DNA of 64,000 nt from Octopus sinensis (taxonomy: Eukaryota), in NCBI RefSeq assembly GCF_006345805.1, contig NC_042997.1, positions 78,926,001 through 78,990,000 of the forward strand, read 5' to 3'. The position numbers and the translations under genes were made by a program. Below the pieces are notes generated by a model. It was given only the letters and a program-made list of their open reading frames with translations. It was not told the origin of the DNA and ran no database searches. Shown here in pieces: positions 34,620 to 48,600 of this stretch (the stretch's first letter is position 1; every line of letters begins with the position of its first letter).

Positions 34620-35050
34620 CCATCCATCCATCTTCACCTTCTTCCTATGAGGGTTGTGGAGGTAGAGTCCTCAGGCTCCTCTTCCATAGGGTCCTATGAG
34701 AAGCAACTGTCAGACTTTCTGGCTGGATTCCCAAGTGCAACCAACAGAGACAATGGATATTATTTAACCATCTCATTCTTGATCTACACCTGTGTCACTT
34801 GTTAGTTGGCTTAGTTTGAAGAATCTATCTTGCAATTCTTTCCTGTGAGTTTCTAATCACGCATCCATAGTACTGGAGCCCTCAATACAGGGAAGTAGTG
34901 ACCTAGAGAGACTCCCTGATCTCTGAGCTACACCTGTTGAGTAACATTACTCCAGAAATTCTTTGGGAGAACCTAATTTTGGCTTCTTATATTTGTGATT
35001 GTACTCTTTTGATCATTACCCAATATTCATGACCATAGGTGAGGACAGAC
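34620..35050 (-). mobile_element. Old RTE-like LINE C-terminal fragment
   Basis: Minus strand reads YGHEYWVMIKRVQSQI*EAKIRF...SSEIRESL. Confidence 0.5.
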
Positions 35051-36505
35051 AAAACCAAATTGAAAATAGCAACTTTGGCTTTTTCTCAACCGCTCCTCTT
35101 CTGAAGAGCAAATGCTGGAGGTGGTGAATTACTTGCTGTAATGTGGAATTCTGTGATGCAAAATATTTTTACATTGATTCCATGTACATTGACTTCCATT
35201 AACTAGGAAGCCAATAGGAAAATACATTTTGCATTACAGAACTCCGAAGTTAAGACAAAGTTTTCTAAAGTACAGCACTTCCTGTTTTGTCTGTATTTCC
35301 ATTGAATTTCGTTTTTGTGTAATTGATTCCAGTTTTTGAATAATCTATATTTCTATTACATTTTGACTTTCATATAATCTGAAGATCACTCAGCATATAT
35401 ACAAATAACTTGGCAGAAAAGCAAAATTTAAAAAAAATTACAAATGAATAATTTTCTTTGTAGTCATAAATATATAATTTGGTTTTTCTAACTTCATAGT
35501 AATTTCTAACGTAGTAGAATGGATACACAAACAATCAGTTCAGTAAAGAAAGATTAAATAAGTCACCTAATTTTTTTGTTATTGGATATGTTGTTAGTGA
35601 TACATAATGTGTGTGTGTGTATTTGGTGAGTGTCAAGTTGAATATGAGTTCTTTGTAAAATCTGTAAGGGTTTATTTACCAGATGTAGCTATTTCATTTG
35701 ATTTTTATTACTGACTCATTGAAGAAAAGCATGAATATCATTATAATGTTATTAGCACCACTGCACTGTATCTGTAGCTAGAGCACTTCACACTAAATGA
35801 CTAGTCTAGCAAAATATAAATTGGTGCTATGTGGTGACACAGATCAACATTTTTTTACTGTCTAGGTAACCATGCAGTGAAAAAGAAAATGATCACTTAT
35901 TGGCTGATAGGTCCTGAACAAAATGGTCAAATTATAGTTTTCTTGTTGCTTAGAGTATTTACATTAAGCTGTATTATCCACCGTAGACACAATGGCAGTA
36001 AAAGGACGTTATACTGACACTTAGTAATTTTAGTATATCATCTCAGCCAGCTTTGTTTTTGTGTATATCAACTCGCTCTTTCTCTCCCTCTCTGTCTATC
36101 TAAAATGTGTCTGTATACATACGCAAACATGATTCTGGTATCAAAGAGGCTCGTTTTTGTTATGTTATTTCCTGAAAGTATCTGGTCAAATGTAAAATAT
36201 AAATGCATATGTTTATTCTTTCATTGTTTTTCCCTTTCTCTCCCCGCCACTCTCTTTCACTCACTCTCACACACAAACAAACCAATATTATACTATACAG
36301 TATTGTTTAGTTTGAAAGATAAGCATATCCTCCATGCACTTCATAAGTAGCAATTTTGTTTCTCTTTACCAGTTTGGTTTTTGCCTTTAGAGGCCATTTC
36401 CTTTTAGTGGAATAGATATTACTCATCGTACCAATATTAAGAAAATGTGTGACTAAACTGCTCTCAGAGTGTTTTGCAGTGTAGAATAGTTTAATTTATA
36501 TATAT

Positions 36506-36560
<55 letters not shown>

Positions 36561-37930
36561 GAAGATAAAAGTTGATTATAACTACAGAAACTATGTGTGA
36601 ATATATTTAACAATATGTCCAGTAGAATGTTTGGTATGTTTTCTTAATCTTTCTTGTTCATGGCAATTGTTTTTAATTATTACATCTAATATTTTAAAAT
36701 ATGACATTAAATAAATACTAAATTTATAGTCATGATTTATGTGAGCATGGAGATTAAAACAACAATTCTTTTTTTTTTAGAAATATTTTATGTAGGTTTT
36801 ACAAAATCCAACGTTATTGTCATCATATTTCAGCTTGATAAGGATTGTCTCTTCCTTTTTGAAATCATATTTTAATGGACTTATTTTATTTATATATATT
36901 TTGAGTTCCTAATATATTGTTTCTTGATTTTTATGTAACTTGATAAATATTTAGTGTCATTTAAAGCTGGCTTTTGTTAGGTACGCAAACATTTTGAATA
37001 AAAATTTTCTTTTTTGTAGAATACAACTTCATCAAGTTGCTTATATTTTCTTTTCTCTATACACTCACACACACACATCTGCATACGTCATGTATGGTGT
37101 GGGTGTGTGTGTATAAATAATCAGCTTCAAAATTGAATTCTTTATTTCTCAGTGCAAACTGCTACTTGTTCGAAGACAGCTGTAATAATTGTAAATTTTT
37201 TTCTCAGAGGGAAATAAATGGACCTTTGCCAATAACTGTCACAATGTTGAAATAGTAATATATGTAGCTGTTAGTTAAAATGAAATAGATATGTAGGTAA
37301 ACTTACTGTTCCAGATGTTAGTGAGAAAATGAGAAGGTTATGGCTTCTATGCACACTAATTCAAGTCAATGATAAACAGCTGGTTACTGAATTAGATAAC
37401 AGATTGCCATTTTCTCTTAATTCTTAAAAATAGTTCAAATATGCTATCTAGTCTTAGAGTTTCTATAAAATTTAAGTCACTTTAGCTTAACATTATATGG
37501 GTGTCATTGATGGTTATTTCATTTTTGAAAAGTACTATTTACAAATTTTAGTATATGATTTAGTAAATAATTACACTAATAATAGTAAGCTTTATCTTCC
37601 CAGTAGCCAAAAGTTGTTATTTAATCTTACAGAGTTCCTAAATTAATTTTTATGAGAATGAAAAATGTCTGAGACTTGTAATTATCTTATATATATGTAA
37701 GACCTTCATTTTGCAGATTTGTTAGTGTTAGATAGAATGTGTTGTAACATTTGTTGTAGTTCTTTGCAGTCTGAGTTCAAATTCTGCCCATGTCCACTTT
37801 GTATTTCAATCTTTTGAGTTTGTTAAAAAAAGTATCAACTGGTACAGCCCACTCTCTAGTTGTTACATCTTGGATGTTCCATTAGGTCATATATGATATA
37901 GCTGAATGGGTGTCTGTATCTACTTGCAAC

Positions 37931-37997
<67 letters not shown>

Positions 37998-38911
37998 TTA
38001 CTGTCAAGTCATTATTCATGAATGCTGGCTGGAGTTTAGTCTTAATTTGGTTATAGTAATTACAAAAAATTTCAAGGGAGATATATTTAGAAATTATTTT
38101 GCATAACCACATGTGTGGCACCTTAGGCAAGTGTTTTCACTATAGCCCTGGGCCAACCAAACCCTAATGAGTGAATTTGGCAGACAGAAACTGAGAGAAG
38201 CCTATTATATATAATGTGTGTTTGTATTTGTCACCCCCACCATATGACAAATGGTGTTGGTTTGTTTTCATCCCTGTAACATAGCAGTTTGGCAACAGAG
38301 ACTGATATGATAAGTACTGGATTTAAAAAAAAAAAGCTTTGAGGTTGATTTATTTGACTAAAGGTGCTGCTCCAGCATGACAAGGGAATTATATAAATTT
38401 AAAAGGACCACCCCCAATTTTTTTTTAAGTATCAAGCAATTTAAATTTTATTTTTAATAATTTCTCTTTCTGAGAAAATTATCATGCAAAAAATAGAATA
38501 TTTTTCTTACTGTTTTGGTTTTCTTTTCTTTTCTGAATTTGATATATGTTTTTATAAAATTTGTACAACAAATCTTTTCTAACAGGAATTTACATTGTTA
38601 CTTAGTCATTAGCAGAGACAACTCTGTTGTAGGTGTTCAGACTAGGTCTCTGATCTGAGGATAACTCATTGTCTTGATGTGCTGTTTCCTACTACTTCAA
38701 CCAATTGAGCTGTGTTTTTTTCCACCCTTTCCTTCAATCTTTTAAGCTGGGCAAAAGGTCATAATGCAGCCATAATAAAAATATCAGCATCATTAATATT
38801 CTTAAATTTATTTCATCATACATCAGTATAATAGCTAATTGTATCCTTAATCTGTTTTGAATCTTACAGCTTTTCTTTTACATTAACTTTTTTTTAACGA
38901 GTCTGTTTGAA

Positions 38912-38949
<38 letters not shown>

Positions 38950-41284
38950 AGTATGTATAAGTGAATGGTGTGTGTGTGTTTTGCAATAACATAAGGGATT
39001 ACAAGTAGATAATACTGATGTGATAACGAATGCCAACTGAAGTGTCACTTAACCTGTATCCTTACAGTTGGACATGGATTTGGGCTGTACTTTATACCAT
39101 GCTAGCTCATTGCTATTGTCACAGATCAGCAGTCACTTAACTGAACACTTGATTGATATGTTATTTTATTAGTGCTACAAAGATTTGAATTCAGAATGGA
39201 AGAGCTGGAATAAGTATTGTCCCAATACTCTAACCATTCTGGTAGTCCACCACTCTAGCTTAATCTGTACTGCTGCAAGCAATTTATTATTTTTTTTTAC
39301 TTTAGTTTATTTTGCTCATATCCATACTTTTAGTTCTTAATATACTTAACTTATCCAGATATTTCCTTTGTTACCCCTGCATGTTATTTTTATAAGTGTA
39401 TCTATGTGTAAAGTATATATATATATATATTGAGCTTTACTCTAAAATAACTTTTGGCTTATAAGCAAGTCCTAAAGCACTGAAGAATCAGGAATTTGAC
39501 CTAGTTGGACCTGATTCATCTTTGGAATAACTTATGCCATGAATGCTCTCCCAGGCTGTTACTTATCAGTCAATGATTCATTTTGTGGGATTGAGCTAAT
39601 AATTTTCATGTACCCAGAAAATAACATAATACACCATAAGGCAATGTAATTATTTATCAATTAATATCCTCTGTGGTGTGCGATGCAATTTTCCTAATAT
39701 GATGTGATGTAAGGAAACTAAATTTTTAAGCCTATAATCTAAAGATGCAACTGTTTTGATAAGTAGATAAAGATCAGCGTAGGTAGGTCAAATAGTAAAC
39801 CAGTGTGTTTTGAAATTACAAAAATACATTATTGTTGCCACACATTTTCTTTACTGGCATATTATAAGGTGAAAATGATTTTAAATAAATACCAACAAAA
39901 GTTTATATAGTTTTTCAGTGATATAAATATATGTCAAACATTTCTTTTGTTCATCAGAATGGACTCCTGATGCAATGCAGCCTAGAATGGTTTAAGTGTC
40001 CACTAGCTCAAATTTGATTCACAGTTTAATAATTTCACTGATGTTACTTCTCCTCATTAGCTATAATCAATTATCTACAGAAGATGAGAGCCAACAAATG
40101 CACTTGTCTCAATACATTATATGAAGATAAAAATGTTAAGTGGTGATCTAGTGATTCATTAAGTGTTACATGATATTTTCACTATTTTATAGATTCTGGA
40201 AATTTAGATTGTTGCTTCATTTAGTTCATTATCAGTTAAATATTAATAAAGATGCAAATTACACAGGTCCATAAAATGGAACATTTTAAAAATTGTTTTG
40301 ATAATTGTATGTTTACTTCATCTGTTTTTGTGATGCTAATTTGAAATATCAAAATAGCTCTTTCTCATTACCTAAGGTTTTCTCACAATTTAATCATAAA
40401 ATATACTATTATGTATAGGTAAATCCATGTATGACAGGACAAAAGGAAACTAATAAAAACGAACTTGGTACTTCATTTAGCAAAATAAAATAACACAAAT
40501 GCAATTGAAAGGTGAGAAAATAGATTTTTACAAGGGTTCCAATTATGTTTTAGGTTCAGCACCTCAAAATCTATTCTTTTCCCTTGGAGACAATGCCAGG
40601 AACTCTTTCATTTGTGAGCATTTGATGGACAATCATGATGCAAAATCCAGCAGTAGCCATCATATTGGTTTCAGGTTTTGCACAAGATCAGCAATTTAGG
40701 TGGAGAGTGGGGCAAGTCAATTATATCGACCCCAGTACTCAACTGATACTTATTTTATTGACCCTGAAAGGATGAAAGGCAAAGTCGACCTCAGTAAAAT
40801 TTGAAGTCAGAATATAAAGATGGAATGTTGCTAAACATTAGATCTGGCATGCTAATGATTCAGCCAGCTCACCACCTTGTGGTCAGCCATCATATTGACA
40901 TTACATCTTCCCTGATATCTTCTTTCCATCTCCTATGTGTCCTGATGAAACCTTTCCCCTGCTCCTCACTCACATTCCCAGATTTTCCAGAAAGAAAACC
41001 AAATGAGCATATAGAAAATGAACTTTAATGCTCGTTTTACATCCTAAGTCCTGGAATTTTGTCAACATTCTTCCCACTATATCATGTTTGAACCCTTGTG
41101 ATTACCCAAGTTCTTTTTGAGAGAATCAGAGATTTTTCAAAATCTTCATCTTTGATAAGTTTCCTTATATCTAGTCCTATAAATACACCCTCTTCAACCT
41201 TGGAAACTTGCTATACAAATACATGAAGCCCTCTCCAACCTGTGGCAGAACTTTTACAAATTGCTTCTCTTTTGCCGAACCGCT

Positions 41285-41299
41285 ATATATATATATAAT

Positions 41300-41338
<39 letters not shown>

Positions 41339-41416
41339 GTTTTATATAATATATATATATATTATATATATATATAATATATATAATGTTTATATATATA
41401 TAATATATATAATGTT

Positions 41417-41457
<41 letters not shown>

Positions 41458-41795
41458 GTTTATATATATATATATATATATATATAATGTTTATATATAT
41501 ATATATATATATATATAATGTTTATATATAATATATATATATATATATAATGTATATATATATATATAATATATATATAATGTTATATATATATATATAT
41601 AATGTTTATATATATATATAATGTTTATATATATATATAATTTTATATATATATATATATAATGTTTATATATATATATAATAATGTTTATATATAATAT
41701 ATATATATATATGTTTATATATATATATATAATGTTATATATATATATAATAATGTTTATATATATATATATAATGTTTATATATATATATATTT
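41285..41795. repeat. (TA)n microsatellite punctuated by AATGTT
   Basis: Directly visible; the recurring ATAATGTTTATA module is separated by variable TA runs. Confidence 0.97.
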
Positions 41796-42283
41796 GCTTT
41801 TCTTTTTAGAGAATGTTTTTAAGTATGTTATTATAAAAAATATATGTATTATGGGTTGTTATAATACACTACAGTAAGTTGTTAAAACCAGTAAACTGTC
41901 AGGTTAAATTCTTTATATATATCTTCTCTCTGAGGCAGTGGTTCTCCATCTTTTTGACTTTGTGATGCTTGGGAGGCAAAATAAAATCTTACTGGCATAC
42001 TTCACATGGAAACTGAAAAAAAAATCCTTTTTGAAGTTAAAAATTTAGATAATGTTTTTTTAATCATTCTTGTGTTTGCAAAATTATAACAGTTTTCAAA
42101 ACAAACATTAATTACAGATTTTTTTAATGCTTTGTCTTCCATGAAAATCATTTTTACCTTTTATCCTCTTGAGGTCAATAATATAGACTTCATTAATGAA
42201 TGATGTTGATTTCTTGAATTATAAGTTTTTGTATTTCAAACATTTTGTATTATTATAATACATATATACTTTTTCTTGCTCAG

Positions 42284-42385
42284 GGCAATGTTTCAAATGT
42301 AATGAGAAGGTGACTGGTAGCAATGAGGCATGTCAGGCTATGGGGAACTTATATCATACAAAATGCTTTGTATGTTGTTCTTGTG
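42284..42385 (+). CDS. WTIP: Ajuba/LIMD1/WTIP-family LIM protein: exon encoding the first part of LIM1
   Basis: Polypyrimidine-CAG acceptor, GTAAGT donor, 102 bp, phase 1/1: (G)[33 protein letters not shown](G). [10 protein letters not shown] is diagnostic of the Ajuba subfamily. The symbol marks the family; one-to-one orthology is not established. Confidence 0.95.
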
Positions 42386-45283
42386 GTAAGTACTATTAAA
42401 TAATTTAATATATATTCTATTGCTAAACTTATTTTATAGAGAAAATCAATGAGATGTTAGATAATTGGTAGCTTTTTTTAATGCTTCATGCATAGCATTT
42501 TCTGTATGATTTAAAGCTTTTATAATTGGTATAAGTCAAAGTAAATGCTTTTCTAATGTACTGTGGTATTTCTTAAAAAAAAGAATAGCCCAGAAAAGCA
42601 CAGCCTCTTTAATAATATGTAAACAGCTAAAATCTTTTTGGTTGTTCAAAATTGACTGCTTTATTTATCATCATAGTCATTGTAATCTCTAATTATGCAT
42701 ATACTTAATGATTGATATTTGTTTTGTCATGTGTGGGTGGACAAACAGGTCTTTATATTATCATCATCATACCTCAATTTCCCATGCTAGCATGGGGTGA
42801 ATTATATATACACAGCTATGCCTATATATATATCATCATCATCATTTAACATTGCTGGCATGGGCTGGATGGTTTGATCAGACCTGTCAAGCTGAGGAGC
42901 TGCACCAGACTCCAGTCTGATTTGGCATGGTTTCTATGGCTAGATGCCCTTCTCAATGCCAGCCACTTTACAGTGTGTGCTGGGTGCTTTTATGTGGCAC
43001 CACACAAGCACTTTTACATGACAATGCCACAAGTACTCTTTATGTAGAACCGGTCCAGGACTTTTGCAGGTCAATCCTCACCACTAGAGGGACCAGTCTT
43101 ATTGCTTCTGCTGTGGAGTATGGGGTTTTTTTGAGTACACACACACACACATATATATATATACACATCCAGTGGCATGGCTGTATTGTTAAAAAGTTTG
43201 GTTCCAAACCAATGTAGTTTCAGGTTGTCCTACCACATAGCACCTTGGGTGTCTTTTACAATAGCCCTGAACCATCTAAAACATTGTGAGTAGATCTGGG
43301 AGATAGAAACTTATGTGTCTGTGTTTACAAATGTGGTTCTCTAAAAATCATGAACTGTAAGGGGTGATGCTGTTGTAATTTTCCTTGTCAACAAATTTGT
43401 TAAAGTTATATGCTTTTGTTACTCAGTTATAGTTATATGCTTTTGTTAGATTTTCTTCAGATCAGAGGATAATTTTATTCACACATGAGTAACCTCTATT
43501 GGTAAAATACTTACTCTGTGCATGTCTGTGTATGTAAATATGTATATATGTGTGCACATATACACTATATGATGTATGTATATAAAAACAGGTGAAGGCT
43601 GGCTACATGAAGAGCATCTAGATGTAGAAAATCTGTTTTAATGAACTCTGTCCAAACCATGTAAGCATGGATAAGTGGCTTTAAAATGTTGAGGATGATG
43701 ATGATATATTATTTACATCATAAGAATGAATATAGAAAATTGAAGGATTGCTTTGATCTAATGGTAGAATGTCTTTCATATTTACAGTCATGGGTTCAGG
43801 CCTCACAGGCAGCCTTCAACTTTTTCTATCAAAAGTTTTTAAAACCAGTATTTACATGCTATTATTTATAGCTTTATCTGTTATAAATAACAGCACATGC
43901 GTGTGCACGCACACACACACATAAGTATGAGATGTGTTGCCATGTTTTTATTGCCTGCTTTGGCATCATTGATTTGATATTTTATCTTCTATTACTTGTT
44001 TCAAAAGAAGCTTGTCTACAGTCATGATGGAGCATTGCCTTGAAGGGTTTTAGTCAAACAAATCAACCCCAGGATTTATTTTTTTAAGCTTAGTACTTAT
44101 TCTGTTGGTCTCTTTTGCCAAACCATTTGGTTACAGGGACATGAACACATACACACCTTTTTTTGTGGCAGTAATTACTGATATTATTACTATAACTATA
44201 CATGTTATATTCACTACTATTAATGTTACTGCAGCCAATTGAAAATGAGGCTCAGAAATGGTATTGAAACATGGCTGTCTGCTGACAGATACTGTACTTG
44301 TTCTTAGAATAGTAAAACCTACTTATGGCCAATCTTTTCAGCCTCCTCTATTAATGAAATTAAGAATTGCTACACTACTACACTTTCATCTTTTACTTGC
44401 TTCAGCCATTTGACTGTGACCATTCTGGGGCTCCACCTTTAAGGGTTTTAGTTGAACAAATCGACCCTAGGACTTTTTTTTGCAGGCTTAGTATTTATTC
44501 TATCAGCTCTTTTGCCAAACTGCAAATTGTGGGGACATAAACACACCAACTCTATTTGTCAAGTGGTGGTGAGGGAAAGACACAAAGACACACACACACA
44601 CACACTACAGGCTTTAATCTACCAAATTCGCTCACAAAGCTTTGGTCATCCCGAGGCTATAGCAGAAGACTCTTGCTCAGGGTTTCATGGAGTGGGACTG
44701 AACCTGTAACCATGTGGTTGAGAAGCAAGCTTCTTACCACACAACCATGCCTGCACCTGTGATGTGGACATATTTGGTACCAGATGTTTTGTCTCCAGGA
44801 TCTTTTGGCATTGTGAACATTTTGTTTTAATCTTAGTTGACAAGTAGCTAAGCATTGTCAAGCTTTCTACTTTACTTGATGTATATGGTGCCTGGTGAAA
44901 TATTGACAAAACATGGAAAAGAAAAATTTTCTCACAGTGAATTTTTGTATATCTTTGTCAAAGTAGCACTGACAGCCTTGCTGCCCAACAAGTCACCGTC
45001 ATTTGTCATCAAGGCAGTCTGTAAAACAATATCATAAAAACAATCCACCTGTTCATTTGGCAGTCACGATTGAGGAGCACAGAGATAATAGTTGCCGTTT
45101 CATTTTCCAAGCTAGTCTAAGTTTAAATATTCTGTTGCACATGCTATCTATCTCAATCACTTTATTCTCTTATTGGGTTTATTATTGTCAGATTTCTATA
45201 ATTGTTTCTCTCCAGTACATCCTCTTTGCTCTTTACTACACTGAAGTGTTAGTTCTTAAAGATTGTAATTTACTACACTATAA

Positions 45284-45685
45284 GAAATAGCAGCTGTATT
45301 TCTCTCATATCACACCTTACCATCTTAGAAAAAAGGACGGATGCTTTGGATGATGTCATAAATAAATAAATATCTAAGAAAAGAAAAGAAAAGTTGGAAT
45401 GGTCACTGTTAAAATGTCTTTGATGATAGGTCTGCTAAATAGGAATGACCTAGGGTTAAACACTACAACATAAAATATTATGGAAATGTTTACATAGTTG
45501 CTCAACCTGTTAAAAATATCAAATTTCTCTCATTAACTCTACTATCTTAAAAAGGAAAGGACACATTGAGTAATGTGATTCTTAGTGCACTGTATTTGAA
45601 TAAAGACAAGACTTTCACAATTGGAATACTTTTGATTACAGATCAATTCAATCATAAAAGACCTGGGGCTAAACAACAACCACCT
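45284..45685 (+). mobile_element. Two adjacent degenerate copies of a short interspersed repeat ending GACCTGGGGCTAAACAACAAC
   Basis: The two copies share their layout; similar fragments at ~20130-20210, 26270-26470, 48690-48765 and 62790-62860. Confidence 0.5.
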
Positions 45686-48600
45686 GATAAATCAGGCAAA
45701 TAACTTGCATAGCAGCCACATATTCTGCTGCATTCAGCATCTCAGCAACTATTCTTTGTTTTCATTTTTTAATTGCTTTCTAGACCATACTGAATTTATC
45801 TCAATATTTGGTCCTTCAGTTTGGAGTAATTTTTATCTCTCTGTACTCCTCTTTCAACAACCTTTTATTATAAAATAACATTTTTTGTGTCTTTCATTTT
45901 TTTTTTTTTTTTTTTTTTGAGAACAAGCAAATTCATCTGAGTGATTCTGGATGCATTCTCCCAAATAACAAGCTGTTTCATAAAAACTGCACTGTTTCCA
46001 ATTCAAAATATTCTTGTGCTTCTTATTCGAAAGAAGTCTGTTCTTAAAACAATGAAGACACAGTATAATGAAGGACTTTCATCTAAAGATTGTGTGTAAG
46101 CAAGTATTTGTTAACTGAGCTAATATCTTCTAGATTAATGCCGAATACTAGATAGTCACAAAGAATGAGCCATTCTTTCATTTTATATGTAAGATGAATA
46201 CTCTATCATGAGACATGCTTAGTTCTTGTTGACTCTCAACAACTGCTCAACCTTCAGATGCTTCTTTTGAAAGAACAAGATCATCTTTTCACTGTTTATC
46301 TTGGATTGGTGATCAAAGGCAGAAATACAGTTTTAATTACACTCTTACATTCAGAGTTAAATCCCACTCGGTTTGGCACTTGGGTTGATAGCTGCACACA
46401 TTATATATAAATTTACCTTGGGTCAGATCATCTGTTTTTCAATAGTTTCATCCCTCTTGCTTTTGAGCTGTGTCATGGTATATGTGTTACTTTGCTTCTG
46501 GTGTTATATTAATATTTTGTTTGTTGTATAGAATGTGTTGCATGAGCTGTGTTATTTATTGAGTTGTTACTGTATAGACTATGCAAATTAGCAGGAGTCA
46601 CTCTGAGAAGTCTTGATTTTTCATAGTGAAGTAACATTCATTTAATAGCATCCTTAGAGAGACTATTGGTCTCATGAGTTGAATAACTGAGGTGTTATTT
46701 TTGACATATTACAGAAAAATAATTCTAGTTTATGGAGTAAATATAAACTGTAAAGGTTTTAATCTTGAGATTTGCTTCTGTTGAATAGTGATTTGTCATC
46801 ATATTTCTATCATAGGATGATTTTTCAGTGTCTACATATAGAAGTGATTTAAGTCTTTTATGAGATTATTAGGTTACATTTGGATGATGTGTGTATGCAG
46901 AAAGTTGCAGCGAGGGGAATGCAGGATAGTGTTATCTGTGTCTGAGTTAGCAGTAGCAAGTAAGTAAAAGTTAAAGGACAATATGGGATAATCAGAACCT
47001 AAGAAAGCTTGGCTGTATAGTTAAGTTTGCTTTGTAGCCATGTGATTTCTGGATTTGTTCCACTGTACACTACTTTAAGTAAATGGGTACAATATTTTAA
47101 GTAAGGCACCTGCTATATGTGGCTGGCATGGATTGGCTGGTTCAACAGGAGCTAGTTAGCCAGCCCACTGCTTTAAGCTCCACTGTTTGCTTTGGCATGG
47201 TTTGTATGGCTGGATGCCCTTCTTAATACCGACCACTTTACAGAATGTACTGGGTGTACTCTGTAAAGTGATTGGCAGTAGGAAGGGCATCCAGTTGTGT
47301 GTGTGTACGTACACATACATACAAACACACATAATTTAAACCAGTTAATAGGCCACTGGATCAGTTTGAATACACTACTGCTTTCTCCATTTGTATTAAT
47401 TCTTCCTTCTCTGCATCATTACCCCAAAATGTGTGTGTGTTAGTGAGTGTATGTGCATGCTCATGTATATCTTTCAAGAAGCAAGTGATAGATCCTTTAA
47501 AACCAACAAAACTATTGTTCATGTGATGTAATGAAAAAATAAATAAACATATCAGAATTGATTATGACATGGATTGAGTAGGATCAGTTTGATATAAGAT
47601 GATAAAATGAGTAGAGCTAAAAGTAGGTTCTCAGTTGAGGACTTAACTGAAGTCAAGGGTAACAACATAGTCAAGGACATATTAAAAAGACGTAATAAAT
47701 AAACAGGTATGTGACTTGAACAAACAAGTCTTCAATAGATTTGTTATATTAAAATAAATGAAAAAAAAGACATTTGATGTAATGATCCCAAATTTCCTCA
47801 ACAACCATAGTAACATCTTAGTTAATAAGGTTTTACTCAAAGTATAAACTGCAAGTTAAAAAATATATATATTAAAACTAGTTTAAGTGATGTAATATGC
47901 TGTAAAGTTATTGAGTTTGTTATATATTATTGCCATGTATTAAGCATTTTTACACAACTGTATAACAAGTCACCCAAGTAGCCTTTCACATTTTACCTTG
48001 ATCTTGGTGAACATTTCAGGTAAAATGTGCAAGATTAATGCCAGCTATTTAGCCTGTCAGCATTTAAACTGACCATATTCAGTCCGCATGGTCTACCTGT
48101 TTTATGTTCAAGCACCTGTCTTACAATGCTAATCTAAAAATAAGCAATCACATCATTGAAATCTTGAGGCTATGATATAATGCATGATAATTCAAAGCAA
48201 CAAGAATAAATAAGCACTACATTTGACAGAGGAATCTGATTGCTAAAGGGTTTAAGTCAGCTTATTTATAGGTTGAAAGGCGCAAGAATTGTTGGCATTG
48301 GCTTATTCTTAAAATTGGAATTTTGATCTTGACCAGATGACAAAAAGAAACATTACTTCACTGAAGAAAACATGACTTTACTGAAGACGAGAAGAAAAAA
48401 GTAACTTTGTGTAGCTGGACCAATGAACAAAAGGAAACATATTTGGTAGACAGTTATAAATTATTTATCAGATATTTGCTAATGTTTGATAAATATTTTA
48501 TTAACATACTAATGAATGTTCAGTACAAATTAGACCGAAGGAAAAAAAAATCAGTAAAAACTGTGAATCTTGTTACATCTTTGCTGATAACATTGTATCA

